IMG/VR virus record: IMGVR_UViG_3300022226_000002
Location: 14,934-78,933 of that record
Source of the DNA: a virus
Reading direction: 5' to 3' (one strand)
Length of the DNA: 64,000 nucleotides
The position numbers were made by a program, and so were the translations under genes. Of this stretch, positions 7,160 to 16,429 are shown piece by piece (the first letter of the stretch is position 1; every line of letters begins with the position of its first letter). Below the pieces are notes generated by a model. That model was not told the DNA's origin. It worked only from the letters and a program-made list of their open reading frames with translations, and ran no database searches.

Positions 7160-7459
7160 CTATCCTCGTTCCAGGGCCTCGCCCAAATCCATCTGCTTCA
7201 GCCGAGCCCGCAACGTGGACTCCCGAATTCCATACAAACTCGCCCAGGCCACAAGCGTTCGCCTCTGCCCCTTCCACTCCAGCCCGCACCGGCCACAGGA
7301 CTGTGTGTGCCCGCTCCGCAAGTGGTCAAGCCTGACCGTAACCCTCTGGCCGCACTGGCACTTGCACAAAAACTGGCGTTTAGACGCATGAGACTCGACC
7401 TCGAGAATCACTTCCAGGTCGCCGAAGGATGTGCCGGGAATGATATTTAGGCGTCTCAT
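7160..7459 (-). CDS. DNA-binding protein derived from an HNH homing endonuclease, catalytic core missing
   Basis: FGDLEV..FLCKCQCGQRVTVRLDHLRSGHTQSCGRC joined directly to the HTH-like WKGQRRTLVAWASLYGIRESTLRARL. Confidence 0.7.
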   Translation of the reverse strand: MRRLNIIPGTSFGDLEVILEVESHASKRQFLCKCQCGQRVTVRLDHLRSGHTQSCGRCGLEWKGQRRTLVAWASLYGIRESTLRARLKQMDLGEALERG

Positions 7460-7473
7460 CGCTAGGCTGCCAC

Positions 7474-7842
7474 TTAGGGGTCTGGAGGTTCGGGTGGGCC
7501 AGGAAATACGTTCTCAAAACAGGTCGCAGCATCGTTGTAGCGACTCTCAGCTAGAGCCCACCAAATAATCGCCCAGTCGTAATCAGGTGGGTTCTCGTAG
7601 TAAGCGAGCAGCCCGTTGTGGTAGTAGGCGTTCCCCTCGTTGAGCTTCATGACGCCAACCACATATGTCTGAACCGTCTGTGGATCGACGGGCGGTGTCT
7701 GCTCTGCACACCTTTCTTCCGCCCAGCCTTTTTCAGCAACTGCTACCGATTCAGCATTGCGAGCGTAAATCCTTTGCTCATCGGCCAGTTCCTGGTCAGT
7801 CATTCCTAAGACACTAACAGCGGTCAGTAACAACCCAATCAT
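7474..7842 (-). CDS. Secreted hypothetical protein
   Basis: Hydrophobic N-terminus MIGLLLTAVSVLG; helical. Confidence 0.7.
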   Translation of the reverse strand: MIGLLLTAVSVLGMTDQELADEQRIYARNAESVAVAEKGWAEERCAEQTPPVDPQTVQTYVVGVMKLNEGNAYYHNGLLAYYENPPDYDWAIIWWALAESRYNDAATCFENVFPGPPEPPDP

Positions 7843-8087
7843 GTCTCATCTCCTTTGGTATCGAACGTCACCTGGGGACTACCTTCAGTCAATTTCAGCA
7901 GTCGATTGACCTCTGCCCTCAGCCGCTCAATCTCGTCAGCCTGTGACTTCCACGCTTCGAGCAAAAGCAAACTGTCACGCCTACTTTTTTCGATCTCCGA
8001 GATACTGCCCCGGAGCAACTCAGTCAATTCTCCAGGACATGGAAACTTTGATCTGAGAGCTTGTTTTGCACGTTCAACTAGGTCCAT
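7839..8087 (-). CDS. Small coiled-coil phage protein (EIERLR motif)
   Basis: ADEIERLRAE; overlaps neighbouring genes. Confidence 0.65.
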   Translation of the reverse strand: MDLVERAKQALRSKFPCPGELTELLRGSISEIEKSRRDSLLLLEAWKSQADEIERLRAEVNRLLKLTEGSPQVTFDTKGDET

Positions 8088-8349
8088 CGCTCACCCTAAT
8101 ATCTCTAGTAGAGCCCTCGAAACCAGCGGGAAAAAACTTTCGGCTTTCCCACAACTCATTGTTCAGCCGCTCGATCTCTTTCTTCAGCCGCTTGATCTCA
8201 ACAGCTTGACCGTCTGGCTTGTTGGCGAACCAGGTGACCTCCTCTTTCAGTTCTACGTTCTCAGCCCGCAGACGCTCGATCTCGTCGGCTGCTTCGTCGT
8301 ACAAATCACGTTCAATCCCGGATCGCAGTCGCTCGGCCAAGTCACTCAT
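8074..8349 (-). CDS. Small coiled-coil phage protein (EAADEIERLR)
   Basis: GGAGGTGAGCGATG start context. Confidence 0.7.
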   Translation of the reverse strand: MSDLAERLRSGIERDLYDEAADEIERLRAENVELKEEVTWFANKPDGQAVEIKRLKKEIERLNNELWESRKFFPAGFEGSTRDIRVSDGPS

Positions 8350-8531
8350 CGCTCACCTCCTCCCTGCCAACCAGCGGCGGCTGCATAGCCAACCAACACG
8401 GAAATCACGATGGCTGCAATCAGGTTGTATTCATGCTCAGTCACCCTAACAAACAACGACGACAAACCAGCGGCACCGACAAAGGCAACCGCTCGACACG
8501 CAGCACGAAAAAACGACAGCCTGTTACTCAT
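8346..8531 (-). CDS. Small two-TM membrane protein
   Basis: Two hydrophobic segments; same start context. Confidence 0.65.
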   Translation of the reverse strand: MSNRLSFFRAACRAVAFVGAAGLSSLFVRVTEHEYNLIAAIVISVLVGYAAAAGWQGGGER

Positions 8532-8733
8532 CGCTCACCTCCCTCACCAACCCCAGTGCTTGCTCTGCGATTTTTGCAAGAGTAGTAGGTGTCACACAAA
8601 CCGCTGCACCAGTCCCGCCTTTTGATCGTGCAACTATGGCTGCAAGAGCAGCCCGCAGCCGCTCGATCTCGGCATTGAGTCTCCGGATGTGTGCGATCTC
8701 GTGCTGTACCACCCGCGCCACTTCGTCACTCAT
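8524..8733 (-). CDS. Small coiled-coil phage protein (AEIERLR)
   Basis: Same start context. Confidence 0.65.
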   Translation of the reverse strand: MSDEVARVVQHEIAHIRRLNAEIERLRAALAAIVARSKGGTGAAVCVTPTTLAKIAEQALGLVREVSDE

Positions 8734-8752
8734 CGCTCACCTCCTCGCTGAA

Positions 8753-8989
8753 TCAGGGCCGCGGTTCGGCCGGTTCGGCCGGTTCGGCCGGATCAGGAGG
8801 CCCTTCAGGGTCCACTCCAATCTCCGCCGTGTCGTCAACCGGATCTGGAGGACCTTCGGGATCATCTGGACGTTCGGGTTCGGCCGGGTCCACCGCGGCT
8901 GCCACGCTCTCCTCCAATTGCTCAAGCCTGTCCAGAACGTGCTCCAACTGAGATTCCAGTAGCAACACCCTGTTAGCCAAAGTCATCAC
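8753..8989 (-). CDS. Small acidic, Pro-rich protein
   Basis: AGGAG RBS; coiled coil followed by PAE/PEGPPD repeats. Confidence 0.6.
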   Translation of the reverse strand: MMTLANRVLLLESQLEHVLDRLEQLEESVAAAVDPAEPERPDDPEGPPDPVDDTAEIGVDPEGPPDPAEPAEPAEPRP

Positions 8990-9023
8990 TGCTTGCTCCT
9001 TCTAAATACCTGTGAAACCACAA

Positions 9024-9386
9024 CTAACGTGAAGGCCGGGTAGCCCTCAGCTTCAGAATCGCCGCGCAGATAGCCAGAGCGGGAGTTTCGCCCTCAGAAA
9101 CTGGAATGCAGTCTTCGGGCATGCTTACTGGGCGAACTTGCCACTTCGGGCAATAGTGATCAATCGTATGAAAGTCAAACAGCCCCACCGCTTCCGCCGC
9201 CGCAAACGCTGCATTCAAATCCGTGCTTGGCTGGAACCTTTCTGGAATCGCAGATGTGCCATCCCGTGGATCAACGTAATACTCCACATCGCTGCCCAGG
9301 ACTCGCTGCGTACAAATCAAACCAATCACACCTGCCACCGCACGATCCAACTCCACTCCCGCCTTGATCTCAATGTCAGTTGTCAT
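9024..9386 (-). CDS. Phage ABA-sandwich-like domain protein
   Basis: AGVELDRAVA..PSTDLNAAFAAAE..GETPALAICAAILK pattern. Confidence 0.7.
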   Translation of the reverse strand: MTTDIEIKAGVELDRAVAGVIGLICTQRVLGSDVEYYVDPRDGTSAIPERFQPSTDLNAAFAAAEAVGLFDFHTIDHYCPKWQVRPVSMPEDCIPVSEGETPALAICAAILKLRATRPSR

Positions 9387-9850
9387 CACTCGCCTCGTGG
9401 AATGATCCTAAGTTGCTCCAGCCGCTTTACCTGCCACATTATCTCCTGTGGCTCGTCACCAACTCTCCTCGCTTCACGCCTGGCCTCTCTCGCTGCGTAC
9501 TCTGCTGCGTCTTCATAATCCGGGTTGCAAGTTGCACTGACAGCGTTCAGCGCGCCGTACCATGACAACTGCTCTCTGATAGAAGCGGAAATCTCTTCTG
9601 TCGAGCCAGTCGGTGTGACTTCGCTTTCAATGAACTCGCGAGACACTTCATCTTTCAGTTCGCGGGCTGCCTCGATCTCGCTCTCTGGCGCGCGCCCCTC
9701 TGCAACTGACCGCACTTTCCGAATCACTTCCCAGTTGCGTTGATCTGGTTCTCTACCAGAACTCATCCATCTATGTAGGGCGCGTACTGCGCAATCACAA
9801 GCAAACAACCGCAGGGCCATTTCCCTGCTCCGGTAGTGGTCCATAGTCAT
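9386..9850 (-). CDS. Helical phage protein (Imm-5-like)
   Basis: LRLFACDCAVRAL..VRSVAEGRA pattern. Confidence 0.6.
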   Translation of the reverse strand: MTMDHYRSREMALRLFACDCAVRALHRWMSSGREPDQRNWEVIRKVRSVAEGRAPESEIEAARELKDEVSREFIESEVTPTGSTEEISASIREQLSWYGALNAVSATCNPDYEDAAEYAAREARREARRVGDEPQEIMWQVKRLEQLRIIPRGE

Positions 9851-10008
9851 TTCCCCAGCTCCCGTTTCGCGACCGCTTCCAGCCGCTGCCGAATCCAGGA
9901 ACTTTCCTGAATGCCAGCCTTCTTCGCCGCGAGGCTAATCAGCTTCTTCAAAGACTCGTCGCTCCGAATGTGGATGTGACTCGATTTCTGTGCTGTCTTC
10001 TTTGCCAT
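9847..10008 (-). CDS. Ribbon-helix-helix regulator
   Basis: MAKKTAQKSSHIHIRSDESLKKLISLAAKKAGIQESSWIRQRL; GAGG RBS. Confidence 0.7.
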   Translation of the reverse strand: MAKKTAQKSSHIHIRSDESLKKLISLAAKKAGIQESSWIRQRLEAVAKRELGK

Positions 10009-10010
10009 CG

Positions 10011-10409
10011 TCACCTCGACGGATACACGTAAATCGGCTTGTTGTAGTATCTGCTGCCTAGACCGTAAGGATTCCGAATGCTCTGCGGTGAATATGGACT
10101 GCCGAAACGTCCGTACGGGTTGCTCACCGAATCCCGCCTGTACGGGTTCACACTGAACTCCCCGTAATACCTCCCTCCCGACCACAACTGCGGCGGACGA
10201 GTCGCGTACGGATTCGACCACGACTCATTGCTGAATCTGCTCCCGTAGCGACTGTAAGCGTTAAAAAGACCGTCCGGCCGAAAACGACTCCCCGCACCGT
10301 ACGGGTTCTCAAGAGACTGCCCGTCGTAAGGACTCACACCCCATGCACCGACCTGGCCAAAACACGTCCCACCAAACAACAACACCAGTAAAAACACTAT
10401 CCTGCTCAT
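10011..10409 (-). CDS. Secreted protein with NPYG/GSxY repeats
   Basis: Signal peptide followed by repeated NPYG motifs. Confidence 0.75.
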   Translation of the reverse strand: MSRIVFLLVLLFGGTCFGQVGAWGVSPYDGQSLENPYGAGSRFRPDGLFNAYSRYGSRFSNESWSNPYATRPPQLWSGGRYYGEFSVNPYRRDSVSNPYGRFGSPYSPQSIRNPYGLGSRYYNKPIYVYPSR

Positions 10410-10436
10410 CTCACCCCTCCCAAAACTAGAGTTGTG

Positions 10437-10484
10437 TTGACATTGTCACCAGCCGCAGTATAGTCGGCAACTAGAGGAATGCAA
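10437..10484. promoter_or_regulatory. Overlapping divergent sigma70-like promoters
   Basis: Plus strand TTGACA-16-TATAGT; minus strand TTGCAT-16-TATACT; the two -10 boxes overlap at the strand switch. Confidence 0.5.
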
Positions 10485-10507
10485 CTCACAACCACACGGA
10501 AACTATC

Positions 10508-10873
10508 ATGAACGACACGTCAAGATCACCGTTCCCTGAGTTGGTCGCCAAAAACCTGCTCGAAGACTGGCTCTGCAAACTTGCCAATATGAGCAACCTT
10601 CCACGCACTCGGGAAACCAATTCCAAAGTGCTGGATCACCTCCAACTACTCGATGGTGGCGCTTTCGAGGACACGTACGTGTTTGACGTAGACTTGATGA
10701 AAGATGGGGCCGAAATAGACATCAAAACCTTTGATGAAGATTGCCTGCAACCGCTACAAGAATTCGCAGACTGGGCTCGAGAATGGTTGGGCGGCAGATT
10801 TTATTTGCGGTTCAACGTCTTTCTCTTCCATGCAGCAACCACTTTTTCCAATACCAACCAGGAGACACCATGA
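10508..10873 (+). CDS. Hypothetical protein (121 aa)
   Basis: First gene after the promoter; ATGA overlap with the next gene. Confidence 0.65.
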   Translation: MNDTSRSPFPELVAKNLLEDWLCKLANMSNLPRTRETNSKVLDHLQLLDGGAFEDTYVFDVDLMKDGAEIDIKTFDEDCLQPLQEFADWAREWLGGRFYLRFNVFLFHAATTFSNTNQETP

Positions 10874-11724
10874 AACCACTATGCCTCTACCACCGCTCTG
10901 ACCTGGACGGAAAATGCTCCGGCCACATCGTCTCCAGATTCGTCGAAGATGTTGAACTACTAGGCGTCGAATACGGTGACGAACTGCCCTGGAATCAGTT
11001 CAATAGCCGCACTATCTACCTCGTCGACTTCTCGCTTCAGCCATGGTCCGATATGGAACGACTCGCCGAGGTCTCCGAACACCTCATCTGGATCGATCAC
11101 CATAAATCCGCACTCCTCGACTACGACGAATCCGGACTGAATCTCGACGGCCGCCTAGATACCACAAAAGCCGCCTGTGAACTCTGCTGGGAATTCTTCA
11201 CCAGCAAACCAATACCCAAAGCCGTATACCTGCTCGGAAGATACGACGTCTGGGACCTCGCTGCAGATGATCTCGTCCTACCCTTCCAAATGGGCATGAG
11301 ACTCCAACCCTGGAGCCCAGACGACAAACAATGGGATCTGTTCTTCCAAATCGGATGGGAAGATCACCTCTTCCCTATCGTCAGAGACGGAAACGTCATC
11401 CTCAAATACCAAGAAAACACCAACCGACGTATCATGGCCAAAGCCTTCGAGCACGAGTGGGAGGGATACCTCTTCCTCGCCGTAAACGCCGGGGGACTCA
11501 ACTCGCAAGCATTCGAGTCCAGATACGATCCAGATGAACACCACGCCGTCATGGCCTTCTTCTACGACGGCTCCCAAAAACAATGGACCGTTTCCATGTA
11601 CTCCCCAGATCAATCTTCGGACCTGTCAGGACTAGCCAAAAAGATGGGCGGAGGCGGTCACGCTGCCGCTTGCGGGTTCCAAGTCAATTCCCTCGCTCAA
11701 ATCGGACTAAACGACGAGTACTAA
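10870..11724 (+). CDS. DHH/DHHA1 phosphoesterase
   Basis: YHRSDLDG, VDFS, WIDHHKS and GGGGHAAACGF motifs. Confidence 0.9.
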   Translation: MKPLCLYHRSDLDGKCSGHIVSRFVEDVELLGVEYGDELPWNQFNSRTIYLVDFSLQPWSDMERLAEVSEHLIWIDHHKSALLDYDESGLNLDGRLDTTKAACELCWEFFTSKPIPKAVYLLGRYDVWDLAADDLVLPFQMGMRLQPWSPDDKQWDLFFQIGWEDHLFPIVRDGNVILKYQENTNRRIMAKAFEHEWEGYLFLAVNAGGLNSQAFESRYDPDEHHAVMAFFYDGSQKQWTVSMYSPDQSSDLSGLAKKMGGGGHAAACGFQVNSLAQIGLNDEY

Positions 11725-11730
11725 ACTCAC

Positions 11731-13125
11731 ATGACACTCATCCTCGACCGTGACGGAGTTCAAATACACCAAGGCGATTGCCTCGAAACGCTCGCCAAGC
11801 TCCCCAATCGCTCCGTTCACTGCTGCGTCACCAGCCCTCCATACTGGGGACTCAGGTCGTACGGCACTGATCCATCGGTCTGGGGCGGCGATATGAGCTG
11901 TGAACATGAGTGGGAATCCGTCTCGCACTATGGCGGCGGCGGGCAGCCTAGCGATAAACAACGGTGGCAACACACCGGATCTGGCCCAAGCGGACACCCC
12001 AAAGTCGAAACGGGCACTTGCCAACTCTGCGGCGCCTGGCTCGGTTCACTCGGGCTCGAACCCACCCCCGAACTCTACGTTCAGCACATCGTCGAAGTCT
12101 TCCGGGAAGTACGCCGTGTACTACGGGACGATGCCACACTTTGGCTTAATCTGGGGGATTCATACGCCACAGGCGCCGGCAAGGCCAATAACCCTGGAAG
12201 CGATGCCCGGCCTCGAGGTGATCGACCCGGTTCGGCCGCCGGAAAGGCCGAATACGCCGACTTCCCCGCCTGCCAGCCCAATCGAATGCCCATCGCCGGT
12301 CTCAAACCTAAAGACCTCGTCGGTATCCCCTGGCGAGTAGCCTTCGCACTCCAAGCCGATGGCTGGTTTCTCCGCCAGGACATCATCTGGGCAAAACCAG
12401 CTCCCATGCCCGAATCGGTTCGGGACCGCTGCACAAAAGCCCACGAATACATCTTCCTGCTCTCTAAGTCCCAACGGTACTACTTTGACTCGGAGGCGAT
12501 CGCGGAGCCATCAACCGATCCAGAGTCATACCGGGCCAGGACACCAAGGAATGAGGACGCTGGATATCTTTCTGACAAGGATCGAATGCGAACGCGTGTA
12601 TGTGAATCGGCGAACGGGAAGAGTTACCCAACCCGAAACAAACGCTCCGTATGGACTGTAAACACCAAACCATACCCCAAGGCCCACAAGGCCCACTTCG
12701 CCACCTTCCCACCAAAACTAATCGAACCCTGCATACTAGCCGGATGCCCCGCTGCCTGCTGCTCAAAGTGCGGCGCACCGTGGGTTCGCGTCACCCAGCG
12801 GGTCGACAAGGGCTACGACGGCAGCCGATATGGTGAAAACGCCGTGAACGCCACCGGTGGGGCAATCTCTGGCGGGACAGACAAGAGTACCCTCGGCAGT
12901 AGCGGAGGAAAACTCACAGGGGCTACCGAGACGATGGGATTTGAACCCACCTGCCAGTGTGGCGAGGGAAAAGCCCATGGTACCGTCCTAGACCCGTTCC
13001 TAGGCTCCGGTACCACCGCCGAAGTCGCGCAATCACTCGGAAGACGATCCATCGGTATCGAACTCAATCCCGATTACTGCTCCCTCGCCGCCGATCGATT
13101 CAAACAACGGATACTCTTCCCATAA
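11731..13125 (+). CDS. Orphan N4-C/N6-A DNA methyltransferase (beta class) with Cys-rich insertions
   Basis: TSPPYWG comes before VLDPFLGSGTT; HFATFP and IGIELN motifs. Confidence 0.9.
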   Translation: MTLILDRDGVQIHQGDCLETLAKLPNRSVHCCVTSPPYWGLRSYGTDPSVWGGDMSCEHEWESVSHYGGGGQPSDKQRWQHTGSGPSGHPKVETGTCQLCGAWLGSLGLEPTPELYVQHIVEVFREVRRVLRDDATLWLNLGDSYATGAGKANNPGSDARPRGDRPGSAAGKAEYADFPACQPNRMPIAGLKPKDLVGIPWRVAFALQADGWFLRQDIIWAKPAPMPESVRDRCTKAHEYIFLLSKSQRYYFDSEAIAEPSTDPESYRARTPRNEDAGYLSDKDRMRTRVCESANGKSYPTRNKRSVWTVNTKPYPKAHKAHFATFPPKLIEPCILAGCPAACCSKCGAPWVRVTQRVDKGYDGSRYGENAVNATGGAISGGTDKSTLGSSGGKLTGATETMGFEPTCQCGEGKAHGTVLDPFLGSGTTAEVAQSLGRRSIGIELNPDYCSLAADRFKQRILFP

Positions 13126-13656
13126 GGGTGCGGCTTCCATACACCATTTCCTAGGACTCCCACCCATAACCACTAAAACACCAACTACCAATAAACATGG
13201 ACCCGGTGACGCAAGCTGAAAATCTCTTGTCAGTACAGAGGTATATACGCAGGGGACCCGGCGGCCGGCCGGGGGGGTCCGGTTGGGTTTCCGGCCGAGA
13301 TGGACCGCCGCGGCGCCGAGCACCTGGGCCGGCAGCTCCACCAGGCCCACCCCACAGCCCACCGCAGCGGCCACAGCTGCGACCCACGAGCCACCCCACC
13401 CCACCAGCCACGCAGCAGCCCTATGGCCTGGCCACCTCACCACTTACGCAGCCCACCCACCACGCACAGCCCACAGCCCTGCGCCCATGGGCCACACCAC
13501 ACACAGCACACACCACCACCACACCCACGGCGCCCGTGACATGGGGGTGAACCGGGAATCGGGGTCAGCCACCCCAGCACCATGGCGCAAGGACTTAGGA
13601 GCCAAAAGGCGCATTGTGCGCGTCCTTATGGGGGGGGTGCTAGGCGTCCGCGAATC

Positions 13657-13700
13657 GGGGATAGGACGGGGATAGGGCGGGGATAGGGCGGGGATAGGGC
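13657..13700. repeat. Four tandem 11-bp repeats GGGGATAGGRC
   Basis: Copies start at 13657, 13668, 13679 and 13690. Confidence 0.9.
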
Positions 13701-13706
13701 AACGTG

Positions 13707-14642
13707 TCAGTCGTCGGCTTCCATGTCGGCCAGCAGATCGCGGACTTCCGAAATGGCCAGCTTTTCCCGGCGGATGTGGGCGGCCTCGTCCTCCTGGGCG
13801 GCCGTCGCGCGGGCTGCAATGTCGCAGTACTTGCTGTAAGCCCGAATCGAGGTTTCCAGCCAGCCGATGGCGGCCTTTGACGGTGCCGGCCGATCAGCTC
13901 GGCTTAGATCCACCCGAACGGCCCCGCCGGGCAATTCCTCTACCACGTCGATCCGGGAAGACTGCACCCATTGAATCTCGGAGGCCAGGCTGGCGTTCGA
14001 CTGCAGGGCTGGCCAGCCGGCAGGTAGGGCACCGAGCCCGGAAACGCCGGCCGGGGCGGGTTCCGGGGCCTCGAGCGGTTCGGGCTCTGGGGCTTCCGGC
14101 TCCGGTTCGGGGATCGGCTCCGGCTCGGGCATTTCCAGGTAGGCCGGGTCAACACCAGGAGGTGGGAACTCAGCCAGAACAACCCGCCAGGCATGATCGG
14201 CCGCAGACGCACGGGTCAGACCAGCCGCAACCCCCTGACGTATCAAATCTTTCCGTCGTCGGTCAACCTCCCAGCGGCGACCCTCCAGAATCCAGCGATT
14301 GGTGGCCTGGGATCGTGTCTCCTCGCGCGCGAAAGGAAGGCCACCCGGCGAATCCTGCCCCGCGGCACCGTCACCGGCCGGAGTGACGCCCCCCGTTTCG
14401 AGTTGTGGCGGTTCAGTCTGATCCTGTTTGGTTGGTTGTCGCGTTGGCTGTCCGGTTGCGTTGTCTTGGTTGTTCTCTAGGGTAGCGTTGGAAGTGGCGT
14501 CGGAAACGGTCGCGGCTGGTCGCTTGCAGGGCTGGGGCTGGGGCTGTGGTTTCTTCTTTGGGGGTGGCTGTGGGGGTTGTTCAGCTTCGGAAACAGCCGG
14601 GGTGTGCACCAGGGGCGCGCTTTTTCGCTTGCGTTTGCTCAC
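13707..14642 (-). CDS. Probable terminase small subunit or DNA-binding protein
   Basis: Helical domains with Pro-rich linkers; same strand as TerL and upstream of it; next to a non-coding skewed region. Function is inferred from context. Confidence 0.45.
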   Translation of the reverse strand: MSKRKRKSAPLVHTPAVSEAEQPPQPPPKKKPQPQPQPCKRPAATVSDATSNATLENNQDNATGQPTRQPTKQDQTEPPQLETGGVTPAGDGAAGQDSPGGLPFAREETRSQATNRWILEGRRWEVDRRRKDLIRQGVAAGLTRASAADHAWRVVLAEFPPPGVDPAYLEMPEPEPIPEPEPEAPEPEPLEAPEPAPAGVSGLGALPAGWPALQSNASLASEIQWVQSSRIDVVEELPGGAVRVDLSRADRPAPSKAAIGWLETSIRAYSKYCDIAARATAAQEDEAAHIRREKLAISEVRDLLADMEADD

Positions 14643-14944
14643 TTGGTGTTCCCTCCTTCACCGAACTGCGCGACTCCGAGCCCCTCAAAGAACGCCTTTG
14701 CGGCGGTGTGGGCGTCTCGAGCCATCTGGCGGAGGTGCTCGGGGTCGTCTGCGGCGGTCTCCCCGACCTGGAACCCACACTCCGGGCAGACGTGGTGCCC
14801 CCCCAGGTGGTCGGCTGCCAGGCGGGAGTAGATCTGGAGGGAAAGAGCCTGCACCGCCTGGGAAATGGCGGCCTCGGTGGCTTTCCTCTGCTGGCCAATC
14901 GTGGGCACCGGAATACCGAAGGGTGGCGAGTTTCGACCGTTCAC
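14639..14944 (-). CDS. Hypothetical protein with a CPEC motif
   Basis: GGAG RBS; stop overlaps the next start. Confidence 0.6.
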   Translation of the reverse strand: MNGRNSPPFGIPVPTIGQQRKATEAAISQAVQALSLQIYSRLAADHLGGHHVCPECGFQVGETAADDPEHLRQMARDAHTAAKAFFEGLGVAQFGEGGNTK

Positions 14945-15074
14945 GGGCTCTCCCCTTATTGAGACTGGCCAGAATTCTGGCAGGTGTCCAGCGTCGAGGG
15001 GCCGGGAGATCGTGCGTTAGGCGGCCTCTCCGGGCCTCTGATTGGGGGATTATAGCCGGAAACGGCCCCGAGTC

Positions 15075-15344
15075 TCAATAAGAGCCGGTTTTTGGGTTGT
15101 AGCCGCCGTCTGGTTCTGAAAACTGATTTTCAGGTTTTTCAGCGGAGGAAAGGATAGCGGCCGCCAGTTCCGAAACGGTCTGCCCGGTAGCGGCAGCGTG
15201 CGCCCGAAGGCGCGCGGCTGTGCGGACCGGCACGTATACGCTGATCGTTTCCATGGGCTCCGGGTGTGCCGGCGGGCGACCTGCTCCCGGCCTGCGTCCG
15301 CCGTGGCCTTGTTTTCCCGCTGTTTTTGGGGTGTTTTGGGGCAT
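15075..15344 (-). CDS. AT-hook-like plus ribbon-helix-helix regulator
   Basis: HGGRRPGAGRPP..TISVYVP..LRAHAAATGQTVSELAAAIL. Confidence 0.7.
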   Translation of the reverse strand: MPQNTPKTAGKQGHGGRRPGAGRPPAHPEPMETISVYVPVRTAARLRAHAAATGQTVSELAAAILSSAEKPENQFSEPDGGYNPKTGSY

Positions 15345-15379
15345 GGCTGAATTATCTTGATTTTCTTTGCGGATTCATG

Positions 15380-15524
15380 TGGACACGGCACGAATAGTGT
15401 ATATGATTCACTGTTGACATTCAAGACATGGGCGCCAACCATGACCACCACACAAATCAGCCCCGCTCGATTCCCCTCTACCCGGTTGGCGCCTGGTTTG
15501 GAATTCGGGCGGGGCTTTCTCTTT
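15380..15524 (+). promoter_or_regulatory. Promoter and attenuator-like leader of the plus-strand early operon
   Basis: TGGACA-16-TATGAT. Leader GGCGCCAACC (15431-40) is complementary to GGTTGGCGCC (15484-93) in the loop of the AGCCCCGCTCG/CGGGCGGGGCT stem, followed by TTCTCTTT. Confidence 0.65.
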
Positions 15525-15531
15525 GGAGCAA

Positions 15532-15681
15532 ATGAGCATGTACCACGTAACCTGCTGCAATGGCTACTATTCCGTAGGGTCAACCAGCGACCCGAACAAG
15601 GCGGTTGAAATCGCCCGCGCCACGCCCTCAAGTCCGCCCCCGTACGACCACGCCACCCGGACAGGAATGTACGACCGATGA
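15532..15681 (+). CDS. Small hypothetical protein (49 aa)
   Basis: GGAG RBS; MSMYHVTCCNGYYSVG...; ATGA overlap with the next gene. Confidence 0.45.
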   Translation: MSMYHVTCCNGYYSVGSTSDPNKAVEIARATPSSPPPYDHATRTGMYDR

Positions 15682-15866
15682 CCACAAACAGCCCACAAGA
15701 AGAAGTCTTGGCGCTGGCGTTCGCGCTTACTCAGCTCTGCAACATATGCGACGAAGACGCCAGCGACGGCCTGCTATGGGCGGAACGGGTGGCCGCTGAA
15801 GTCGCCAAGGCGCGGAGGCTTTTAGAACTGATCGACGCCCGCAAGTACACCCGACAGGAGCCCTGA
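15678..15866 (+). CDS. Small hypothetical protein
   Basis: Coupled ORF in a run of small genes. Confidence 0.6.
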   Translation: MTTNSPQEEVLALAFALTQLCNICDEDASDGLLWAERVAAEVAKARRLLELIDARKYTRQEP

Positions 15867-15870
15867 AACG

Positions 15871-16383
15871 ATGACCACGACCAACGAACACCTTTCAACG
15901 GATTCCCCAGGCTGGGCGCCCATGTGGGAAGCTCTGGCCGACGCCACCGGCGACCGTGCCGACTATTGCCCCGAAACCAACGAAGTGTGGCAGTACATGG
16001 GCACTTACGACGGCGCGCACCAGTTCCGCCACCGTCACCGCCCCGAGAGTTGCCCACCGATCAAGGGCTTTGCTGGAAAGCACTGCGACCGGGTTTACTT
16101 GCACCTCGACGCGGAAACGCTGCGAGTGACGCGGGTACACGTTCGGCTTTACCTCGACGACTCGGCCAGTATCTACGCCGGGCACGTTCACGGGCCGGGC
16201 AACACGCCACCACGGCCAAGCGGCGGCAGCTCCGACATTACCGGGGAGGAACACGAGCGCATGAACTGCCCGCGCTGCGGCGGCAATCACCCCCTGCGAG
16301 ACTGCCCGCGCCCCGATCAGGAGCAATTCGAGGCCAATTGCGGCGGCGCTTTCGATGGCTTCAACCGTTACTTCCGACGCTGA
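15871..16383 (+). CDS. Hypothetical phage protein (possible frameshift near the 3' end)
   Basis: AGGAG RBS; EVWQYMGT..HQFRHR motif. Confidence 0.65.
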   Translation: MTTTNEHLSTDSPGWAPMWEALADATGDRADYCPETNEVWQYMGTYDGAHQFRHRHRPESCPPIKGFAGKHCDRVYLHLDAETLRVTRVHVRLYLDDSASIYAGHVHGPGNTPPRPSGGSSDITGEEHERMNCPRCGGNHPLRDCPRPDQEQFEANCGGAFDGFNRYFRR

Positions 16384-16429
16384 CCCAGGACTCTAAAACC
16401 GTCGCAACGACGGCAAGGAACCCGAAACC

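Noticed and set aside
11731-13125. Complete restriction-modification system
   Set aside because: No adjacent restriction endonuclease; an orphan phage MTase is more likely.
13151-13675. His/Pro/Thr-rich ORFs in the skewed region
   Set aside because: They are explained by C/A-rich low-complexity non-coding sequence.
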